Origin: Aplysia californica
Lineage: Eukaryota
Assembly (NCBI RefSeq): GCF_000002075.1
Contig: NW_004797434.1
Coordinates: forward strand, 832,509-896,508
DNA: 64,000 nt
Reading direction: 5' to 3'
Shown here one piece after another: positions 25,601 through 35,600 of the stretch. How positions within the stretch are numbered: position 1 is the stretch's first letter; every line of letters begins with the position of its first letter. A program made the translations under genes and the position numbers. The notes beneath the pieces were generated by a model. The model made no database searches. It saw only the letters and a list, made by a program, of their open reading frames with translations, and had not been told where the DNA came from.

Positions 25601-28600
25601 ACAATCTAAAAATGATACCCTTCTTAAAACAAAATAACTGTATTTACAGTTTTCTGTAAAGGCCAATGGACTTTATAATATCAAGGATTCTGTTGGGATT
25701 AGTAACGGAAAATAGATCTTGGAATTTTTTGCATTCAAAATACTTCCTTCGTGTCTCTCCAAAGTCTAGACATTCTGTTAAAATGTGTCTGACGGGTAAA
25801 ATCTGTGTTGCATCCGGCACAGAACAGCTTCTCATCTCCCTGAAGGAGGTATTTATGTATTAGGGACGTGAGTCCGCTGTGTAATAGAGTAAAAATGACC
25901 GACTCTTCTGAAGTGGCCCAAAGGTTTTTGTGGACCCAGTTTGGGCTTGATGTTGAGGAGTTTGTTGTTGATTATGTTTATTCCAATGAGTCTCCCGCAG
26001 ACTAGAGGTAGGATTCAGCCGAGTAAGAGGAGAAAAGCATCAAAACAACCAGAGTTGAAAAATGTCCCACAGGGGATTCAAACCATAGTTTCATGTGTCA
26101 TAGGCCAGCATGATACCAACTCAGCTTATGTTTCCTGTCTGATGCTAATGTTTACTTGAAAATTTAGCGATTTTATCTAATAATATTACAGGTGAACAAT
26201 TTAGTTTGAGTAAAGAGAAAGATGTCGGTATGACATTGGCTGTTTCGTGCTAGGAAATAGCAAGACTATTCATGTTTAGCATCTACATCCATTCCTCTCT
26301 CTGCCTCTATGCAACATAGCTGACATAAGTGTAGGATTTTCCTTCTTCCTGAAGAAATCCATCAAAATGAGAATCATAAAAAAAACCCTGAGTGATTATT
26401 ATCTTAACCACATCTAAAATTAGATCTGCAAAATTTCGTTTTCACCTTTTAAAAGTTCCAATACTTGGTGTTGTGTGTGGGGTCTCAGTAGTCGGGCCAG
26501 ACTCAGTGGGCTCTACAAACATGCAACAGAACAGGCCGGCATGCATGAAAAGCAACCACAACATCAATAAACAAAACAACAAACAGGGTACCTGCCATGA
26601 ACTTCCCACCAAATTCAAGGAGGTTTCAAGGAGACATTTTCAAAATTCAAAGAGATCTGGTCTAGAAACTCATGCCGTTTTCGACGGTGCACCAAGAGCA
26701 ATCCGACAAAAATTTTTTAGTTCATGTCCGATCCATCGAAATTCAAGGAGTTTTCAAGGAGGTTCCTCAATTTCAAGTTTTCAAGGAGATTTTTTCCTTG
26801 AATGCAAATTCATATCAAGGAATTTTCAAGGACTCCTTGAATTCAAGGAGGCCGCAGGAACCCTGAACAAAGACTGCAGCATTCTTAGACAGCTCACTCT
26901 TCTATTTGAGATTATTGTCAGCATCATTCCGCTATCGCCCAATTCAGTTTCTAGGGGTTTCCAGTTTAAACTGTTAATCCAATAAAGACATGAAGGGGCA
27001 TTTCAGAATATAGTTTCCCTCTGTTTCATTATTTCCTTCCTAGTTTTTAAACTGAAAGACAATGAGTTCATGGTTCTGGTTTGGCTGATCTCTTTCCCTT
27101 TGATTTTCTCAAAACTTTAGAAGTACCACGCACACTGTATACAAAAAGGAGGATCATCTGAAAGCTTTTCATTATCAAATGGGGTACCATTCAGTCTGTT
27201 TATTTGTTCTTATAACATTAATAAGTTGAGCAACTTTTTTTTCTTTTTATAGACACTTCATTGCTTACTAGATAAAATGTAGCTTATTTTGAAGGTACTT
27301 ATTCTTATAACATTAATAAGTAGACCAATTTCTTTTTCCTTTAATAGACACTTCATTGGTTACGAGACAGAAAGTAGCTACAGCTTATTTTGAAGGTGAA
27401 GCGCTTGGTCCTCTGTTAGGACAACAGGTGGAATGGATATGATTTAGCAACAATCGAGAAAGAATTTGGACCTTACTCAATTTTGAACCTCAAACTGTGG
27501 TAGCCAGGTCAAGTTGAACAACAGGGCCAAGGATTTTAGCTTATTGTTAACTTTCGCATAAGAATTTGTTGAGTTAAAAAAAAAATATCCATGCTTCTGT
27601 GATGCTATATTTTTGTGACCGTTGAGCTTTACAGAAGGAACTAAAGAAAAACAAAATAAAACCCCCAACATGCAGTACAGCCAAAAATCATTCAAAAGAC
27701 TAATGCTTCAAATAAAAATTGTCCGTGCAAACAGAATAAATTACAAAATGCTACTGCAAGAAAAAGAGTGCATCTGATATACAGAAAAGACAAAACATAT
27801 GGCTACCTACACCTTTACCAATTACAATATAACACAAGTACATGGCAAAAAATATAAAATACATGCATCAAAACCATGCCTAGTGTTCACATTTCACAGG
27901 AATTTGCAGTAGGCCTAAGCATTACACTGAAATGCATGTCAACAGATTTGTAATATCATTTTCTTTCTTTTTGAGACTTAAAAGTACACTCGAATTTAGT
28001 TAATAGAATCATGCATATGGGGAAACCATGAATAAAGGACACCACGAAAACCCCCCCACTTTATCAACATTTCAAGAACAGAAATAACTAAAAAGTACAA
28101 TTTCCACAAACTTGAAGAAGTAATGAAAAAGTTCTCCAATAGTCACGGTAGCAGTCAAAGAGGAGTGAATGAATTCATCAAGTACAGTCCGGGTCCAGAA
28201 AGAGGCATCAGCATATTAAATAACTATTTTTCTATCTTCTAGTAGAGTCTGTTTTACAATGGGGCCCTTCGTGCAGATGACACCAGACAGTAAAAGGAAG
28301 AGTAAAAAATATTAAGGAGTAGAATAGTGTTTTAGTAAGAGATTTATGGCACTTGCAACACAATAGGATCATACAAGTACCGAAGATCAGAGGTGTTACA
28401 AGAGAGTTACAAACATAAAAAAAGACGGAGGAGAGATCATGACGATAGATGTTTGATAAGAAAAAAGGAGCAAACCACACCAGAGCACCCGCCAATCACC
28501 CGCGGAGTAGAACAATGGGAAATAATGAGAAATTCAATGGAACATGAGCATGCAAGACAAAGCAAAATGGCAAGCAAAGTTATATCAACAGCATCATTCC

Positions 28601-31600
28601 ACAAGAAATGTCGTAATTTTAATAAAAGTTTTGAGAAACTAAAGAAAAAGAGTACACACAAATCAGAAACAAGACTAGAGCTCTTGTGAGCTCTTAATTT
28701 TAAAAAACTAGAAAGGAAATAAGGAAATACAACAAAACTATATTGTCAGCTATCCAATGATGTCTTAATTTGAATAACTGCTATACCAGGAAAACCTCAA
28801 AAACTGCGTTTGGCGATTGTGGAATGGCACTGATAATATACATAAACACAAACAATGATTGAAATGTGAACTTTAAAAATTTGAGAAAGAATGAAATGAC
28901 TTTAGAGCTTCTCAGGACAAGAGTGTGCATTTTGAAAAACAGATAATTCGAGATCGCCTCAGTCACAGTACATAAGTCTGTTGTAGGCTTTTAGCCCCCN
29001 NNNNNNNNNNNNNNNNNNNNNNNNNNNNNNNNNNNNNNNNNNNNNNNNNNNNNNNNNNNNNNNNNNNNNNNNNNNNNNNNNNNNNNNNNNNNNNNNNNNN
29101 NNNNNNNNNNNNNNNNNNNNNNNNNNNNNNNNNNNNNNNNNNNNNNNNNNNNNNNNNNNNNNNNNNNNNNNNNNNNNNNNNNNNNNNNNNNNNNNNNNNN
29201 NNNNNNNNNNNNNNNNNNNNNNNNNNNNNNNNNNNNNNNNNNNNNNNNNNNNNNNNNNNNNNNNNNNNNNNNNNNNNNNNNNNNNNNNNNNNNNNNNNNN
29301 NNNNNNNNNNNNNNNNNNNNNNNNNNNNNNNNNNNNNNNNNNNNNNNNNNNNNNNNNNNNNNNNNNNNNNNNNNNNNNNNNNNNNNNNNNNNNNNNNNNN
29401 NNNNNNNNNNNNNNNNNNNNNNNNNNNNNNNNNNNNNNNNNNNNNNNNNNNNNNNNNNNNNNNNNNNNNNNNNNNNNNNNNNNNNNNNNNNNNNNNNNNN
29501 NNNNNNNNNNNNNNNNNNNNNNNNNNNNNNNNNNNNNNNNNNNNNNNNNNNNNNNNNNNNNNNNNNNNNNNNNNNNNNNNNNNNNNNNNNNNNNNNNNNN
29601 NNNNNNNNNNNNNNNNNNNNNNNNNNNNNNNNNNNNNNNNNNNNNNNNNNNNNNNNNNNNNNNNNNNNNNNNNNNNNNNNNNNNNNAGGAGGAGGAGGAG
29701 GAGGAGGAAAAAGGAGGAGGAGGAGGAAAAAGGAGGAGGAGGAGGAGGAGGAGGAGGAGGAGAAGAAGAAGAAGAGGAAAAAAGAAAAAAAAAGAGGAGA
29801 AAACGGGAAGAAGTGCAGCAAACAATAACCTGTTGTAACGTAGAGCCTCGTGCAAGGGATAACTGCCGTGGTGGTCGTCCAACAAGTTGGGGCTGACACC
29901 GTGCTCTAGAAGAATCTCCACAGTACTGTAGTGGCCCCTGATGGCGGCGTCGACGATGGCCACTCTGTTGCTAACCAGGGTCGGAGCATACTCTAGTAAC
30001 GCCGTCACTGCACCTGTTACATAGAAATCATTCAGTATTTGAGGACAGCAAAGTTGAACACTACTTAAACCACAACTTTTTAAAAAGTCGGAAGTCTCAA
30101 CAAGAAGTTATTTGATGTTTGAGGACAACAAAGTTTATTGGAGAGACAAGTGGCAATGAAGTTGAACACTTCTTAAACCACAAATTTTTTAAAAGCCGGA
30201 AGTCTCAACAATTTTTAACTATACGAGTACAGTTAAACCTGCTCTAAAGACCACCCATATCCATCAGACAATCACCCGTACAAAGGGTCACTTCCCATTT
30301 CCTCCCTTGAGTAATTTTTCAATTATCATGACACTGTGTTAGACGGTCACCTCTTTGACATGGCCACTTTTCTCCTCGACAATGGGAGGCCGTTTTAGAC
30401 AGGTTCCACTGTACTTCTAACCCTAGTCCAAATTTGGGCAACAATAAGTTTTTTTTATAAACTGCACCATTTTGCTGTCAGAAAAGTATTCACTCTTACG
30501 AGACTAAGCCAAGTATACATTCACATTGAAACTGTAGACGAGATATCTATATTATAATTATAATGAGTCACAGATTAGATTTAATTTCATTACAATTGCT
30601 TTCATTCGATAAAAGATGGGACAGGAAAGAAGTAGTTCCAATTCCGTTTATTATGTTAGAAAGAAGGAAATTACTGAACTTTTCCTGTCAAAACGTCTCA
30701 TCTCATTTAAAAGGAAGATAATTATTGTACTTCTACAGCAAAGATATCTTACTTCAGTATATCTTTTATGAAGTATCTATACAGTAAACAAAAATAACTA
30801 CAGGCAAACCTGCTCTAATAGCCAGCCACTTGTATACGATAATCACCTCAAGAAACGGCCACTTCCCATTTCCACCCATATGTACTTTTTTACTTTATAA
30901 AGACATTGTAAGTTGGCCACCTTTCTAAGATGGCTACTTTTCTTCTCAACAATAAATGGTCACCTTAGACAATTTCAACTGAATATGATTACTACACAGC
31001 TCTCCCTTAAAGTACATAATTTAGTATAAACCTACCATCTCTTTTGAATCTGGCTCCTAAATCAAGAGGAGTGAGCTCATGTTTATTCTGAGTCCACACA
31101 TTAGCACCTGCCTATGGAATCCAGGAGAATTAAAAGAAAAACAAGAATGAAAAATGTAAACATCATTACATGCTACGATTAAAAATATTATCAAATATTG
31201 ATCAAAAAGATAAGTTACTCTTCTATTTGGGAAATGAAACATAATATCTTCAAAAGTGGCATTAGCAATATATGAATAAAATGCATGTAAGTAAAGCGTT
31301 TCAATTTTGTCTTGTTCTAATTTTCCCGCAGCACACCTTTGTGATCTTTGCCCAACTCCTGCTTAAAATAAACCGAGCTTTCTCCACAATCAAATTGCTA
31401 AAAAACATGTAGAATCACCTTCACCTTCACACAAAATACTGGCAAATCTAATAATTCGAAACATCAGCCAATGAGACAAAGGCTCTTGTTCACCAAGTTA
31501 TGTTCTAAACATCACGCTGTCTGCAAAGCCTTTGAGTAAAAGCACAGTTTCAAAGCAAGAAAGCTCTCAAGATTGCTCTATACAATGGGGAGAGGGGGGG

Positions 31601-32629
31601 GGGGGGTTAGTGGGGGGTAGGGGGGAGAAAGTGGAGACGAAAGAAGACAACAGAATATTGCAAGAGAGAAGGAAAGAAGGGGTTAGTATGAGGCTTGTCA
31701 ACAAAGACGTCCGAATAAAATCGAAGACTTGTTTGAACATTGTTAATTTTAGTTTTAGTAGAGGTTTTAGTAGTGCTCGCAACTGCATAAGGTCATATGA
31801 GCGTCAGAAGATAAGAGGTGTTACAAGAGAGTAACAAATATAAAAAAAGAAGAAGGGGAGAAAAGGACGATAGATGTTTGATAGGAAAGAAGAAGCAAAC
31901 CACACCAGAGCACCCGCCAACCACCCATACATGGTTAATTATGATAATTTGATAAGTTTAAGATAAATTTACTTGCTCGACATAATTTCAGTTCAGAGTG
32001 TTTTGTTAAGCCATGAGCATGTGTTTCAATTTTATCACCCGTGAGTTGCACTTTTGCCATAGTCTTTGTGTATATAATCTTAGCATTAGGTCATTGTCTT
32101 TTATAACCAAAATAATGATGAAAACCAAGATTTCTGTACAGAAATGACAGTTCATAGACTGCCACTATAGTATGTATGCACATATCATTATGAACCAACA
32201 AAAAATTCAATAAAACATTAGAGGCATCTCAGAACAAGAGGGACTACAGCAAAGTCATAAAGCAAAATGGTCTATTTTTCTGAAGTTCTCACCTGTTCGC
32301 CGAATTGCAATTCACAGTGAACCGTCATATTAACAGCTACATTTCACCAGGGAAACATCAGGATTGTACCAAAACAGAAAAGAAGTAGAAGGAAGAGAAC
32401 ACACTACAGTGCCCATCAACCACACGGCTATCAGATTGCATTGTGAGTGATAAAGGCTTTAAAAAGAGAGATTACTTACTTTGACAAGAGTCCTGATTAT
32501 CTTGATCTGTGCATGAGAGTAGTTTTCACTGGCCAGGTGCAGTGCTGTGTTGCCATCACTGTTTTGGGAGTTCACCTGAGCAGAAGAGAAATAATATTGA
32601 GTGAGGGAGGGAGGGAGAGAGCGAGAGAA

Positions 32630-32674
<45 letters not shown>

Positions 32675-35600
32675 GAGAGAGAGAGAAGGGTGGATACGGA
32701 GAGGGAGAGGAAGAACGAGAAGGAGGGAGAGGGAGAGAGAGAGGGAGGGGTAATAAGCATGAATATGAAAAGTTACAAATTACATCATCAATTCCCAAAG
32801 AGAACCAAATAATATGACCAAACAACCTTCATATGCAAGTGAGGATTGCAGAAGAAAAATAAACATTCCTTTCACCCTTATGAACTACTTATATCTTTCT
32901 ATGCTTCAAATACAGTCTCAGCACGTAGTGGTGTAAATCTACAAATTGTCTCAAAGGGAGCTATGGTGCACTGGTTCTGTTAGCTCAGGGGAGTGGGGCT
33001 AAAAGGATTAAGTATATTTTAAAAAAAATGTGTCTACATATTGACTCCAATAACACATTTTTGGACAACCTTTATCCTTGAAGACACAGTTCGAGGACTC
33101 ATTGCTTTTTGTCTTTTTCATTAAAATTAAATAACCAGCAAATGTTTCCTTACAGCACAAAAACCCATTTAATCCTCCTATACATAGCAATGCAAATAAA
33201 CACAAGCACTCTCCTTTATCAATGTTAATAAACACAAGCATACTCCCAAGTGCACTCCTACCATATGAACCTTGAACATCTTTTCAAACATTCGCATAAT
33301 AATTACTTGCAAATTAATTCCTTTAATTTGATGATGAAGCAGTAGCTCTGAAACTAGCCTTGTGAATTTGTCTCACTTCGAGGGAAATAAGCAGGTCAGT
33401 TTCAGACACTTGTTTCTGATTTGAAGAGGTGAAATCAGCATAGTGCCTAGCCATTCCTATAGCTATTCCACTTCTCGATTAAAAATCATAAAAGAGAAAC
33501 TGCTCTGATATTGCAGACAGCAGTGTAGTAACTAGGGTTACAAAATTTTCTTTTAGCTTAAAGCAATGACATGTACAGTGAACAAACCTCTGCTTCATTT
33601 TGAAGTAATAACTCTACCAGATCTAGATGACCTCCAAAGGCAGCCAAGTGTAATGGGGTGTTTCTGAAATACAGAATGAATGAAAAAAAAAACAACCAAA
33701 AAAACTAAAATGAATTTTCTACACTTGAAAGACAGTCGATTATAAATAGCTTGCTGTTTATCATTGAGTATATATAGGATGCAACTTTTTGACTTTTCAC
33801 AGACCAAATAATCAGGGTTTAATAGTCGCCTTATGTCTTCTCAGTACAATACGGCTGACCAAGGGAACAAACTCCATGGGACAGGCAACCCGTAAGTTTA
33901 TTTACTTCCTGGAGAAAAACAGATAAATAAAAAAAAACTTTTGATTTGTTTTGTTTTGAAGTGCGGTTATTAATAAAAAATCCACTAACAAAGGTGACTG
34001 TGTCTGCACTGAATGAAAAAGTTGGTACGTCTTATCTGATATGTATCACCTGTGGTCTATTGTTTACACTACTGTGTTCGTGATCCACAGGCACTTGTTA
34101 AGTTTTTGATTGAACTCGGATCACATCCTAGTTCGTATGAAAGGTACAGTTCACTCCTTTTTCCTCAGTTCATCAGTATGCCAAAGGAGCCAAATATCCC
34201 AATGGATAAACATACACGATAATAACCTCCCTAATTTTGAGACAATTTAGTACCGTTCGTTTCCTGTGCTGCTATGGAAACTTGGATGAACTTTGGTGTT
34301 TCAAAGAAAATATTTTTTTGTCCGTCAATTGACAGAAATAACACATGATTTACAACAGTGCCTATCAACCTTTTTAAAGCCATCAGCCACTTATGCCACC
34401 TCTAAGAGGCTAACGTTTTCACACAGCCTAACTCCATGTATTTCCAAGCGGGGCATTAAATACTATCTGTCACTATCTGCGTGATCCCCAAAGCCCACCA
34501 CAATTATCAAATCTCCAACTTGTGGGTGATATCCCCTAGGTTGGCAATCACTGATTTACAAGAACACTATTCTTAAATTCACTTTCATATTTGATGAACA
34601 GTTCATTTCTAACTACAATCTACATGAATGTTAGTTATTTCTTTGACAAGATGAGTCATGGAAGTAACAATAGTCCATAAATAAGCAAACAAATGCTTAC
34701 ACTTACAATTCTAAAAACAACATTTTCATCTAATCCTTAAATTCACTTTCATATTTGATGAACAGTTCNNNNNNNNNNNNNNNNNNNNNNNNNNNNNNNN
34801 NNNNNNNNNNNNNNNNNNNNNNNNNNNNNNNNNNNNNNNNNNNNNNNNNNNNNNNNNNNNNNNNNNNNNNNNNNNNNNNNNNNNNNNNNNNNNNNNNNNN
34901 NNNNNNNNNNNNNNNNNNNNNNNNNNNNNNNNNNNNNNNNNNNNNNNNNNNNNNNNNNNNNNNNNNNNNNNNNNNNNNNNNNNNNNNNNNNNNNNNNNNN
35001 NNNNNNNNNNNNNNNNNNNNNNNNNNNNNNNNNNNNNNNNNNNNNNNNNNNNNNNNNNNNNNNNNNNNNNNNNNNNNNNNNNNNNNNNNNNNNNNNNNNN
35101 NNNNNNNNNNNNNNNNNNNNNNNNNNNNNNNNNNNNNNNNNNNNNNNNNNNNNNNNNNNNNNNNNNNNNNNNNNNNNNNNNNNNNNNNNNNNNNNNNNNN
35201 NNNNNNNNNNNNNNNNNNNNNNNNNNNNNNNNNNNNNNNNNNNNNNNNNNNNNNNNNNNNNNNNNNNNNNNNNNNNNNNNNNNNNNNNNNNNNNNNNNNN
35301 NNNNNNNNNNNNNNNNNNNNNNNNNNNNNNNNNNNNNNNNNNNNNNNNNNNNNNNNNNNNNNNNNNNNNNNNNNNNNNNNNNNNNNNNNNNNNNNNNNNN
35401 NNNNNNNNNNNNNNNNNNNNNNNNNNNNNNNNNNNNNNNNNNNNNNNNNNNNNNNNNNNNNNNNNNNNNNNNNNNNNNNNNNNNNNNNNNNNNNNNNNNN
35501 NNNNNNNNNNNNNNNNNNNNNNNNNNNNNNNNNNNNNNNNNNNNNNNNNNNNNNNNNNNNNNNNNNNNNNNNNNNNNNNNNNNNNNNNNNNNNNNNNNNN

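Noticed and set aside
26898-26970. Phase-compatible candidate for the missing ankyrin exon (LNWKPLETELGDSGMMLTIISNRR)
   Set aside because: It has AG/GT ends but no ankyrin character; the N-gap is the likelier location
26392-26985. 197-aa plus-strand ORF
   Set aside because: It spans an antisense exon and a TTCAAGGA-repeat MITE, with no domain-like content
27200-27400. ~97-bp local tandem duplication (similar cases at ~30030-30210 and 25170/28008)
   Set aside because: Ordinary intronic duplications with no further structure seen
28787-28829. Second candidate micro-exon (AIPQSPNAVFEVFL)
   Set aside because: Too short and not ankyrin-like
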